Source of the DNA: Cyanophora paradoxa CCMP329
Lineage: Eukaryota; Plantae; Glaucophyta
Direction: 5' to 3'
DNA: 64,000 nucleotides
Assembly (NCBI GenBank): GCA_004431415.1
Contig: QPMI01000036.1
Span: 372,001 to 436,000 of the forward strand
In this document: positions 42,527-52,735 of the stretch, piece by piece
How the letters are laid out: each line of letters opens with the position of its first letter
Numbering within the stretch: the stretch's first letter is position 1
The notes under the pieces: generated by a model
Databases searched by the model: none
What the model was told of the DNA's origin: nothing
Seen by the model: the letters and a program-made list of their open reading frames with translations, nothing else
Translations under genes and position numbers: made by a program

Positions 42527-45500
42527 TTACATAAGCAGCTTGCCGATCGCGGTCCAATGAATAAAAAGCTGGACAATTTGGGTGGGCATGACCGTCATTC
42601 TGGGTTGGAATCTCACTTTAACTGTAAAGCCAGTGTGACTCACCGCCGTGACGTTGGCCCCGTAGAAATCGACATCCGTGCTGCCGCCGGGATTGATGTC
42701 GAACGAGGGGGTTACGTTAATAACCGGCGTTGGGTTTGCTGGGGTCCCCAGTCCGCCTCCAGTGTCGTACGCCTGTCCGAATGTAATGTTGAACGTCACC
42801 GTGTATGTTGAATTGATGTTAAACTCCGTGTACGCAGCGTAGGAGTGGAAGGACGTGCCGTGCGTTATGTACGCATCCATGTTCACGTTTCTGTGCCCGT
42901 GGCCGGTGAGCGAGTACTCTGTGTGACTGTGTGTAGAGGGGGGGAAGGTGAGAGGCTTCCCCGTAACTTGAGTTTCCCAGTCCACGTTGTGACTGTGAGT
43001 CGAGGGGGGGAAGGTGGCTGGCCTTCCCGTAACTTGAGTTTCCCAGTCCACGGTGATGTTCGACAAGTCGGGGGCCGTCCAGTCGCTGATTTCTGAGATG
43101 GTGTGCTGGTGATCTGCGTGGGGGTACGTGCTCGGCTTCCCCGTGATGTTACCCCACGCCCAAGTTGCTGGAATTGTCGGTATCGTCGGCCTCCCTTTTA
43201 GATCTTGGTACTCTCCTGTATGCGCCACGGCCGCCAGCTGCGGTACGGCGACGCCCACGGTGCTGACGGCCTGGCTCGCCCCCGGCGCCATGTGCCACTC
43301 GTAGTTCTGCGATGCAAAGACGGGCTGGCCTGGCTCGGGCGCCCAGTACTCGATGCCTTTGGCGATCTTCTTGGTGTAAGGGGCTGCAGGCCTGTCAACC
43401 AATTTATCGACGTAGGCCTTGGGTACCAGCCAGTTTGCCTTGGGGCTCTGCGAATTGATCCCGTTGTCTATGAAGGCCCCGTAATTCCTGAAGGCCTCGG
43501 CCTCCCACCAATCCTGCATGCGGAAGGTACCGGGAATTTCGAGGCGCGAGTTGGCGTCGGCCAGGCGGGCCACCTGCGCCCCTCCGTTCGACGAGACGCC
43601 CGAGTGCCGGATGGCCGAGCCGAATTCGCGCCTTAGGGCTTCGATGTGATTGATTCTGTTGAGGCCCTCCTGGTAGACGGCAATTAATACGCGCTTCCGC
43701 CCCTTGGTCTCCTCCTTCACCATCTGCTTGAGGTCGCGCATCAGCCGACTCAGGGCGAGCGAAGTCGACCCGAATCCCTCTTGCATTTTAACGGTGAGCT
43801 GAGAGAGGAAGAGCACGGTCGCTCTGTCAATTTCGAGCAAAGTCTTCTGGTCCTTGGGGGTACGGTAATCGTTGATGCTATTGTCCAGCGCGCGAATGAA
43901 AGCCTGCAGCTCCTTCGGCTCCTTAATTTCGTTTAACCGCAGCTCCTGGGCCAAGAGCGAGGCCATTTCGCGCGCCTCCGAGGGGTCGTACACGCCCACA
44001 AATCCGGAGCCCAGCTCGCCCTCTAACCTATTAATTCGGTTGCGCAGTTGGCTCGCCTCGTCGCCCCACGTCTCGACACCCCAGTCGTAGATCTGCTGCG
44101 AGAGCTGCGCGATGAACTGTATGGTGTCGGCGGCCCAGTCGACGGGGTACTTGAAGAAGTTCTTCACGATTTCTTCCGCGCTGCGCCCGTTGATGATATC
44201 CACGATCACCTGCGCGATGGCGCCCGCGAGGATGGACAGGCCAAGTCCGCCCACCGTGCCGATCCTCATTTTCGTGAGGGCGCTTAGGGCGGACGACATG
44301 CCCGTCTGAAGGCCAAAAGAGCCGACCGTCATGATCATCTGATCGCGGAACGTATCGAAGAACTCCGCCTCCCCTATCTTGCCCTGCGAGAGCGCCTGGT
44401 AGGCCGAGAGCAGGCCGCCGGCCGTCGCCAGCCCAAGGCCCGCCGCCGCCGCGCCCGCCCGCCGCATGGCCCGCGAGCCCGTACCCCCGAGCCCGGCGCC
44501 CACCAAGTCGATGCCCGCCCCTGAAATAAATCGGCTGCCCCGAAAGACATGCCGTCGTTGTTCGCCGTACCCGCCGCCGAGAAGAGCGTCTCGGCGCTGA
44601 GGGCCTCCTTGGCCACCCGGGCCGCCTTGCCCTCGGGCGCCCCAGGTAGGCGTCGCGCTGCTCTTTGGTGGTGAATCGCTCGAGGTCGAAATCCGCAAGG
44701 GCGTCGGCGGTGGCGCGGTTCCAGTCGCCGTAGGGCATCAGGGCGTTGCGCAAAATAACGTCCGAGTCGCCCATCACGCGCCTGTCGAGCGTCTGAAACA
44801 CGCCCTCGGAGGGCAGGCGGGCGGTGCCCGGGCGCATCTCCTCCACGGAAACGTCGTCCCTCTCCGCGAGTGTGATGTCGTCTGGGCTGGCCAAGCCGAC
44901 GCCCGCGCCCTCATCGGCGTACGCCCTTCCCCTTCGTTTTAATATTTGATTGGCCTCCCGCTTCAAGGCTTGGTACTCTGTTTCTACCTTTGTTTTTCTC
45001 GCCTCCTCCTCTGCCGCCTTGCGCTCTGCGATCTTCCTCCTCTGCTCTTCTATCTCGGCGTTGCGTCTCGCCGCGTTCTCCTTCGCCTGCTGCTTCCGCT
45101 CTTCAATCACCCTGTTTGCGTACTCCTTGTCCGCTTGGGCCTTTCTGTAGCGCTCCTCGATCTGACTCTTGGCCTCGTCTCCTCTCTTCCTTAGTTCGCC
45201 TATGAACGCCGTTGTATCTATGTAAAGCTTGTATTTGGCGGGTGGATGCTCACGTTTAAAGGCCTCCAGATCGCGCACCATGGCGTCGTACTGTGCAAGC
45301 CCCTCCGCTGGAATGACGGCTCTTCGCTTTTCCCAAAACTTGCTCAGCTTCTCCACGTAATTGATCATGCCGACGTACGCGCTCTGTGCGCCGCTCACCG
45401 TTTTCGGATTGGCTCGCAGCTCTGCCAGAAACTCCCGCTTGTACATCCCGTACATTGACCATTCGAGGCCGCCCCGCCACAGGCTCGCTTCGGTCCGCAG

Positions 45501-47738
45501 TTCGCGGTGCATCTCCTCCGCGTCGCCGTATGCTATCCAGATGGCATCGCTGATGTACCTTTGCACGTACGCGCGCTCAAAGTTTTTCCACTTCTCATCG
45601 GCCATCTTTCTCCTCAGCTCTTCCGCGTCTTTCTGGCCCCTGCCCGTCAGCTGGTTCATCACATATGTGAAGTCGCGAATGTCAACCCCGAGAGCTCGTA
45701 TTTTCTCGCCGTTGCGCGATTCGTTTCTCTTCAGCTCTCGCATCTTTGCCCCCATGGCATCGAGGGTGTTGTTTTTGAAGGCCTCGAGGGCCCTCTTCCG
45801 TCCCGCAACCTTTGGCTCTTCGAGACGTGCGAATTCCTCGTCCGATGCAGTTTGCATTGCCTTCAGTCGTTCCTCTTCTGTCTTGGCGACCGCCTCCTCG
45901 TCCGCCCTGCGCCGCTGCTCTAACGCATCGAAGAGGGCCCTCTGGTCCTCGAGCGTGAGGCCGATGAGCTCTTCCACCTGGTCGCTCCTACCCAGTCGCG
46001 CAAAGGGTAGCCTCTCTGCCGCCGGCCTTGGATCGGGCCTCGGCGTCGTCTGCGTCTCGGCCGTCCCCATGGGCGAGCGTGCCTCTGCGGTGGCCGCGTA
46101 CTTGAGCAGCCTCTGCGCCAGCTCGTCCGCGTTGGCCTTGAATTTTTTCGACTGCTCGTCTGCTCGCTCGGCCGCCTCCTTTAAATTTTTGATCTCCTCC
46201 CGGAGCCTGTTCGCCTCCTGCACCGCCCCCGTTTGCAGCTCTCCCGCCTTTCTCCTCGTTTCCTCTTCCTCTTCCAGCAGCTGCCTCCTTGCCTCTGCCT
46301 CCTTTTCCAATTTCTTCTTCCTATCCTCGATCTCTTTCCTCTGCGCCTCGAGCAGCTCTGTGCCCGCGGTAAGCGCCTCAATTTCCTGGAGCTTTTTCGC
46401 CTTGGCGGCTTCCCTTTGCTCGTTTATCCTCTTCAGCTCCTCCTCGGCTTCGAGTATCATTTTCGTGCGCTCTTCCGCGACCTGGCGCTCTGCCGACCTT
46501 AGCGCGGTGAGGGCGCTCTCTTCCTGCCTTTGCGCGTCTGTCATCAGCTTGTTCGCTTCCGCCTTCTTCTCCGCGACCTCTGTCATTTCCTTGTCTTTCA
46601 GCTCGCTCCATTGCTGCTTTTCGTTCTCGAGTTTGTAGTACTCGCGCTGCGCGTCCTCGGTATCGAATTTAATGGGGGGTCTCGCGTTCAGCTCGTCGAT
46701 TTGCCTCACGAACCCCTTCCGATCCTTGTAGTATTTGATGCCGCCTACGATGAGGGCGCCCCCGAAGATGGCCGTTGAAGTTGCAAGGCCCGCTACCTTA
46801 TCCATGCCCTCCCCGCCTGAGCCGCCGCCACCCGAGCCGCTGCTGCCCCCGCCCCCTCCCACGGGCGTGCCGCCTGTGTCCCCTCCGCCCCCCGTGCCTG
46901 TACCCCCACCCCCGGTGCCTGTACCCCCACCCCCGGTTCCTGTACCCCCACCTCCCGTGCTTCCACCACCCGTACCCCCACCAGGAATCGCACCCGGCAC
47001 CTTGGGCCCGCCGATGATGTCGTCGTACGGGTGGCGGTGCGCCCAGTCCGTGATGTCGGCCTTCACGTGCGGGTGCTTGACGAGGGCGTACCTCTCGTCG
47101 TGGAAGTGGTCCTTCAGCGCCCAGTTCTGCGTCTTCGCCCAGTCCGAGCGATCGGGGAGCACGTCGGGCGCCGTTGGGATGCGGCCCCCGCCCGTCGTCT
47201 CCGGCGTCTCGCCCGTCCTGTCGGCGCTCAGGGCGCGGATGTTCACCTTGAAGTGGTCGAACCACGCGAAAAACTCCTCCCTGTCGCGCCTGTACTGCTC
47301 GGGCTCCATGCTCGGCAGCGCCTGGCGGCTCCAGTAGATGTGGCGCAGGGGGCCCGCGATGCGCTCTAGCGCGTTGTACCCGGGCCTCACGTCTCCCTCT
47401 GCGCCCTTGAGGGTCAGCTTCACGAGGTTGAGGGTGGCATCTTTCGCCGTGACGGCGTTCGCGATTTTCACGTCGGCCGCCCTCTTAATAATGTTCCAGT
47501 CCACGCCCGTCTCGGTCGTCACGCCCCAGAGCCCCTTGATAATTGCGGTGAGGTCCCCGTAGTCCGCCAGCGAGCCTATGGTCGTCAGGAAATCGTTGTA
47601 CGTGGATCCCTGCCGCAGCCTAATCTCGTCCGCGTAAATTCCCCTCACGCTCAGGCTCCCGTCTATCGCGAAGGCGCCGTTCAGCACCTCGTCGGGATTC
47701 GGGATGGCCATGCGCCAGGGGTCTGCAAGCATCGACAT
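42527..47738 (-). CDS. Giant (~1737 aa) chimeric fibre/coiled-coil protein, split in this sequence by two apparent 1-nt homopolymer deletions (~44640 and ~44540)
   Basis: Joins track ORFs 44031-48068 and 42527-44698 via the intermediate frame APEGKAARVAKEALSAETLF; HxH tail-fibre repeats near both ends, Gly linker, hydrophobic helices, long coiled coil, C-terminal ...TGFTVKVRF...IHWTAIG (gp53/H-lectin-like). Confidence 0.75.
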
Positions 47739-47764
47739 TTCTATTCGCGAGAGAGAAAAATTAA

Positions 47765-48240
47765 CTAGCGCTCCGCCTCCCAGGTCCACTTCAGCTTGCC
47801 GCTCACCTCGCCCGTCGTCCAGCGGCCCGCCGGCACCTGCCAGAAAACGTCGGCGAAGGGGTAATCGGGCCTGACAACGATCTGCTCGTCGCGCAGCCAG
47901 CGGTAGGCCTCGGAGGCGTCGCGTATTTTTGGCTCCCAGTATTCCCCGCCCGTGCCGTTCGGCAGCGAGTACCCCTCCCTCGCTACCCGTACCCTGTAGA
48001 AGTGCTCGCCCGTGAGCGTGTCTACCCCCCTGTACTCGAATTCTACGATTAAGGCCAGGTCCTGCCATGCGCTCTCGCCGAGACGGATGTGACTGAGGCT
48101 GTGCAGCAGCCCGTATTTAATTGGACCAGAGGCGGTTACAAGATCGACTCTGTAAGTGAGGGGCGAGGGTAGCCTGGCACGCCCGCAAAGGTGCGCGTCT
48201 TGACGCCCGAGCCCTTCCGCGGAAATATGATCAGGCGCAT
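47765..48240 (-). CDS. Element ORF, ~158-aa hypothetical protein (one apparent 1-nt deletion at 48160-48163)
   Basis: ATG at 48240 after the element motif gives MRLIIFPRKGSGVKTRTFAGVPGYPRP; one extra C joins it to LTYRVDLVTASG...KLKWTWEAER*. Confidence 0.6.
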
Positions 48241-48260
48241 TTAAGGGGGCCTGCGAAAAT

Positions 48261-48710
48261 CTATTTCGCAAAGGCCCAGAGGCCGAAGTTCTTGACGATG
48301 AAGGCGTTGTTCTTCTTGGTGGCGCCCGTGATGTCGGTGAAGCGCACGCGCAGCTCCTGGAACTTGTCGTACGCGACGTAGTTCGGGCGCACGGCCATGG
48401 GCACCTCGAACCAGTAGAGGATGGTGTTTTCCAGGCCGTCGTGGCCCCACGTCGGGATCACGACCTTGTTGATGCACGAGTTCACGTTCGAGATGGTCGT
48501 GACGTTCAAGTCGGGCACGTCCATCAGCAGAACGTTGACGGTTTTCGCGGTGGTGGGGTCCGGAATCGCGGTCGTATCCAGCTCCAGGTAGACTCCCTTG
48601 ATCTGCAGCGTGTCGATGTCGGAGGGGATCTGGTTCAGCCTGAGGCGCCAGAAGCCCTCGGAATCCTGCGTCTCTCCGTTCGACTGGACGTAGAGGTTGA
48701 CGCAGGACAT
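48261..48710 (-). CDS. Putative single-jelly-roll minor capsid (penton-like) protein, 149 aa
   Basis: Alternating beta-strand pattern VNLYVQS..FWRLRL..IDTLQIKGVYL..VLLMDVPDL..VVIP..ELRVRFTDITG, reminiscent of small penton-like proteins of PLVs/NCLDVs; recognised by pattern only. Confidence 0.5.
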   Translation of the reverse strand: MSCVNLYVQSNGETQDSEGFWRLRLNQIPSDIDTLQIKGVYLELDTTAIPDPTTAKTVNVLLMDVPDLNVTTISNVNSCINKVVIPTWGHDGLENTILYWFEVPMAVRPNYVAYDKFQELRVRFTDITGATKKNNAFIVKNFGLWAFAK

Positions 48711-48733
48711 TATTTAGGAAGGGGCCTGAGAAA

Positions 48734-48922
48734 TTATGCCTTCCTCAGGCCGTTGAGGAGGTAGGGCCCCACGAAGTAGTAGCCCGCGAACTGCGCGGCG
48801 AGGATCCGCACGAGGTAGTAGCGCGCGGGCGACATGTAGGCGACCGCGCCGAGGGTCAGCAGGCTGCCCAGGTAGCGGGAATCGCTGGTGATATCATCGA
48901 GGCTCGGGAGCATGGACGACAT
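48734..48922 (-). CDS. Small 62-aa hydrophobic (1-2 TM) protein
   Basis: YLGSLLTLGAVAYM and YYLVRILAAQFAGYYFVGPYLL; sits in the regular gene array with the upstream motif. Confidence 0.65.
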   Translation of the reverse strand: MSSMLPSLDDITSDSRYLGSLLTLGAVAYMSPARYYLVRILAAQFAGYYFVGPYLLNGLRKA

Positions 48923-48944
48923 TGTTAAGGGCCCATTCAGAAAT

Positions 48945-49316
48945 TTACTTGGGCATGAAGAAATTCCTGATGCGCTCTCCCTCCTCGTGCAGCGCCCACT
49001 GCAGCCGGTCGATGACGGCGGCCATCACGGGCGGGCTCGCGGCGGGGTTTTTCGCGTACGCCCTGGCGTCCTCTGCCATCTGGGGGTGGTACTGCTCGAC
49101 CCGCTTGGCGTAGCTCGCGATGGCGCGGCGGGTGCACCGATCCAGGTCAGCCGCCATTTCGGCCGGGGCCTTCGGCTGCTGCTGCTTCTTTCGCGCGTAA
49201 GTCCTAAGAAGCCAAGGGAACGCTGTGCTGGTGCTGGTGCTCGTACTGTTGCTGCTGCTGCCGGGGCAGGACGACGGAGCCTCTGCGCTGGGGGCTGTTG
49301 TCGCGGGAGTCTCCAT
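48945..49316 (-). CDS. Element ORF, 123-aa hypothetical protein
   Basis: Uninterrupted ORF with upstream TTTTCT...GAAATG motif; Ser/Thr-rich N-terminus, helical C-terminus. Confidence 0.6.
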   Translation of the reverse strand: METPATTAPSAEAPSSCPGSSSNSTSTSTSTAFPWLLRTYARKKQQQPKAPAEMAADLDRCTRRAIASYAKRVEQYHPQMAEDARAYAKNPAASPPVMAAVIDRLQWALHEEGERIRNFFMPK

Positions 49317-49596
49317 TTCCCATGTTCTCTAGAAAAAAACGCGTACCGGTCTGCGTCATCTGAATGTCGACGTGGTGCGGGCCGATCGCCTGCACGCTCT
49401 CGCGCCTCTGCTGCTCGGGCGGGGGCTCGGGCTCGGGCTCGCCGCGGCGCACGACCCTCAGGGCCGCCGCCTTCAGGGCGCCCAGCACGGTGTTGGGGCG
49501 CACGCGCTCCGTGCCGCCCAGGAGCTCGGAAACCAGGAAGAGCGCGCCGCAGATTACGGTGATGACGTCCGAGTGGGTGCATGCCCCCTCGAACAT
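49204..49596 (-). CDS. Small membrane protein (holin-like LF.vSE.L...N.v motif); true 3' end possibly near 49330
   Basis: VITVICGALFLVSELLGGTERVRPNTVLGAL; upstream TAATTGTTCT...AAGATG motif. Confidence 0.55.
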   Translation of the reverse strand: MFEGACTHSDVITVICGALFLVSELLGGTERVRPNTVLGALKAAALRVVRRGEPEPEPPPEQQRRESVQAIGPHHVDIQMTQTGTRFFLENMGNGDSRDNSPQRRGSVVLPRQQQQQYEHQHQHSVPLAS

Positions 49597-49617
49597 CTTG
49601 CGGGCGCATCAGAACAA

Positions 49618-51212
49618 TTACCCGCTACCCCTGCCCCTTCCGCGCCCCTTGCCCTTTCCGCGCCCTCGGCCCCTGGCCCTCAGGTCGCCGATTTCCGCGG
49701 CCTGCGGCGCAAAGCGGGGTCGTCCGCCTGGCCGGCGTCCGCCTGGAAAATCGTGAAGAGGTACCCGTCCGTGTTGTTGTCGGTGTTGTTCGTGTTTCGC
49801 GCGTGCGACCACTCTTTCAGTAAATCGCGCCTCTGCTTGTCGGGCAGCGTCTTCGAGAGGTACTCCTGCAGCTTGCTCGCGTAATTTTCCTCCGGAATCA
49901 GCGACGCAAGGACGGTGGGCGGATCTTTCCCCATGCCTATCTTCTCTTCCGTCAGCATGCGCTCGAGCTCTGCAATTTCCACCATCGTATCGATGCTCGG
50001 CTGAGGTCCTGCCTCTGCCCTCTTCTGGTCTACGAGGCGCTGCCCGGCCGCCGTGAATTTCGCGGACAGAATTTGGTGCAGCCGCTCGTACACCGTCGTG
50101 GTGCCCGGCTCCTTCTCCTTGAGCAGCACCACCCAGTCGTAATTCGCCCACAGCACCTGCAGGTTCGATATGTGATCGATCGTCACCAGCACGTGGGCGT
50201 GCAGCGCCCCGTCCGTCGGCCCCACCTCCACGCCCCCTTGCACGCGAATTCCGATGATTGCGTTGGCGTACGTGTCGTCCTTGTACTTGCCGTTCTCCTC
50301 CTTCAAATTGAAGCGGATGAACTTGTAGAATTCTGCGTCCGAGAGCACCTCTGCGAGGCTGTCGCGCAGCGCCGCCGCCTCGAATTCTCGCGCCTCTCCC
50401 AGGCGCTTGTGTGTGTTGAAGAGCACCCAGTAGCGCGACTGGCGCGCCTGTCGTATGTCGTACCGCGTGCTTCCGTCGGGATTCTTTTTGTTGAGGATGA
50501 AGACCGACCGCCCCGTCTCGCTGATTTCCGTGATCACCTTCTCGAGCGCCTCCAGCCCGTTTGCCTGCGCCGCCTGCAGTCCCGTTTTCGCCTTCTCTAT
50601 GTTCTGCTTCACCTCTTGCGCGTCCATTCGATCGCTGTAGGGCTCGGGCGGCGTACCCTCCTTGACGTGCATCCAAAATAGATGTAAGCACTTCCTCATG
50701 AGCTCGATGTACCTCTCGTCGCGCCTGACGTACCACGTTTGCACGCGCAGAGGAGTGAAGCAAAAAAGTTCGGCCCACTCGCGGCCCGTTATGTCCAGAA
50801 GTCCTTGTAACTGCGGCATGTAATAAGTAGGAACTCTATCATAAAGTTCGCCCTTGTACGGGCATTTCACCTCTAAAATTCTATCATTTCCTATAAGTCC
50901 GTCGGGACTACCGGCGAGGAACGGCATTTCTTTATGTTCGTGCAGTCCAGTATGTTTAATGTCAACGTTATCGTTCAGTGCCTTGTAGATAGAGACCGCG
51001 AGGGGCTCATAGTCATGCCCGTAGGTTAGGGCAGGGTTGTCAAAGTTGTTTTCCTCCGCTATACCGCTTAGCTCCGCCCAGAGGCGGGCCCTGGATTTCC
51101 AGGGATTTATGCCGCACGCAGCCGCAAAGTTCGAGGCAGTTAGCTTTTCGCGGCGCGCCGCGTGCCACGCCGCGCTCCCCTGTTGCAAGTTCTCGCAAGT
51201 CTCGCAGTCCAT
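49618..51212 (-). CDS. YqaJ/lambda-exonuclease-family nuclease fused to an HUH (Y1) rolling-circle endonuclease; stops at 49680 as written, or at 49618 with an RG tail if one C is restored
   Basis: QQGSAAWHAARREKLTAS, YGHDYEPLA, LAGSPDG...LEVKCPY, YYMPQLQ (YqaJ); then SRYWVLFNTHK, GVEVGPTDGALHAHVLVTIDH, LQEYLSK (RCR motifs I-III). Confidence 0.85.
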
Positions 51213-51264
51213 AGCTCCTAGCTTCGCAGTAGCGTTTAGAATTTCTTGATGTGTGCAATTGCAA

Positions 51265-51966
51265 ATGTCGGCTGCAGAGGAAGCGCCCAAGGACGTGATC
51301 GCGGAGTTCATAGATCAGGTCAAGGACCTTAGACGCTGGGTGGTTGAGCAGGCCTCGCGACCGAGTCGACCGCGCGTCCCGTGGGCGGTGCTAAGGCTGG
51401 CTAACGAAGGGTGGCTGGACGGCCATTACAACGCTGGCGGGGCCCACTACCTTCGAAGCCACGACGAGGGCAGGATTATCGATGAGTTCAAGCGCATTTG
51501 GTTCGCCCTGGGCTCCAAGCTCAGCTTTCTCTCGACCCTCCCGGACCACATTCGAATGCAAATCCTCCAGTGGTACGCGAAGGCAAGGGACTCGGAACGG
51601 GACGACGTAAATAGGCGCGACCTCTCGCGCCTGCGCTCGGCCGTGACGAAGTACGTCACGAGCTATGACTATTATAACGCCAGAGATCCCAACTACGACG
51701 TCGAGCCGATTCCAGCACATCTGGTACCCCTGGGATGGGACAGATACCCCGAGTACTCGTGGGACAGGGGCCTCAACCCCCCGCCCCCGGCCCTGCCAGC
51801 CCCGCCCGCCCCACCGATAAACGCCCCCGCCCCACGTGACGTCAGACGGGACATACGCGAATGGGAGGAGTGGAGCAACGACCCGAAGAACTGGCTACCC
51901 GGGGAGGCGGAGCTGCGCAAGCGCGCGAGGCTGATGCCCGGCGACAGGTACCCCGACCGCGAGTAG
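51265..51966 (+). CDS. Element ORF, 233-aa hypothetical protein with Pro-rich tail
   Basis: Uninterrupted ORF divergent from YqaJ-HUH; upstream ATTTCT...CAAATG motif; internal FLSTLPDHIRMQIL weakly F-box-like. Confidence 0.75.
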   Translation: MSAAEEAPKDVIAEFIDQVKDLRRWVVEQASRPSRPRVPWAVLRLANEGWLDGHYNAGGAHYLRSHDEGRIIDEFKRIWFALGSKLSFLSTLPDHIRMQILQWYAKARDSERDDVNRRDLSRLRSAVTKYVTSYDYYNARDPNYDVEPIPAHLVPLGWDRYPEYSWDRGLNPPPPALPAPPAPPINAPAPRDVRRDIREWEEWSNDPKNWLPGEAELRKRARLMPGDRYPDRE

Positions 51967-52003
51967 GGGGTACAGGTATAAATTCTCAGCGAGCCGCGAG
52001 CAA

Positions 52004-52735
52004 ATGTCGTACACCTACGGTGATCAGGAAGCGTGGTTTAAGCTACACCGCCTCTTTCCTGATAAATTCGGGGATACGCGCCTCCCCCTCAATCTAAAAA
52101 CACTCGTCAACCGACGGACCAGGGAGTTCAAAATCGAAGTGCTGCCGCCCCCTTCCAAGAAAGCCCGCTCAGCGGACAATGACGCTATGGCATGGGTGTA
52201 CGGCTCCGTCAAGCCTCAGGTCGGCAATAAGCCAGCCACCGTCGAAATAGAAAGCTACTACAACGATTACGGGCCGCAGGGGGAGTACGGGACACCAGAG
52301 CAGAGGAATTCGATGCGGGGGGTGGGCAAAATCGTGCTGCGGGCGGCTGTAGACGCACTGCAGCGCTCCGGGCTCATTAGCTCGTCGGACCCGGGCGAGC
52401 ACGCGGTGGAGCTCAAAGCCCTCCCAAGCGCAGTGGATTACTACGAAAGGGAATTGAGTCTGCGCAAGAAAGACCTCACCTTTCTCACCTACACACCGTC
52501 CCTAACACCCATAGAGGGTACGGTGCAGAACATCATCGACAACACGTACAACGTGGCCGTTCGTTGGCGCGAAGCGGCAGCGGATCTCGTAAAGGGCAAC
52601 TATAAGGACCTCGCAGACGAAGACAACCCCGTGGGGGAGTACATGGAGCTGGCAAGCGGGAGCATCGTACCCCGCCCAAGGCCCCCATGGCCCCACCCCG
52701 ACCTCGACTGGGGACCGTCGCACTTCGGCCAGTGA
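52004..52735 (+). CDS. GNAT-like acetyltransferase, 243 aa
   Basis: SMRGVGKIVLRAAVDAL (acetyl-CoA motif A-like) and VELKALPSAVDYYERELSL (motif B-like). Confidence 0.6.
   Translation: MSYTYGDQEAWFKLHRLFPDKFGDTRLPLNLKTLVNRRTREFKIEVLPPPSKKARSADNDAMAWVYGSVKPQVGNKPATVEIESYYNDYGPQGEYGTPEQRNSMRGVGKIVLRAAVDALQRSGLISSSDPGEHAVELKALPSAVDYYERELSLRKKDLTFLTYTPSLTPIEGTVQNIIDNTYNVAVRWREAAADLVKGNYKDLADEDNPVGEYMELASGSIVPRPRPPWPHPDLDWGPSHFGQ

Noticed and set aside
47739-48068. N-terminal extension of the 1345-aa track ORF (and 51213-51311 of the YqaJ ORF)
   Set aside because: They overlap neighbouring genes; motif-supported or domain-consistent ATGs lie at 47738 and 51212.
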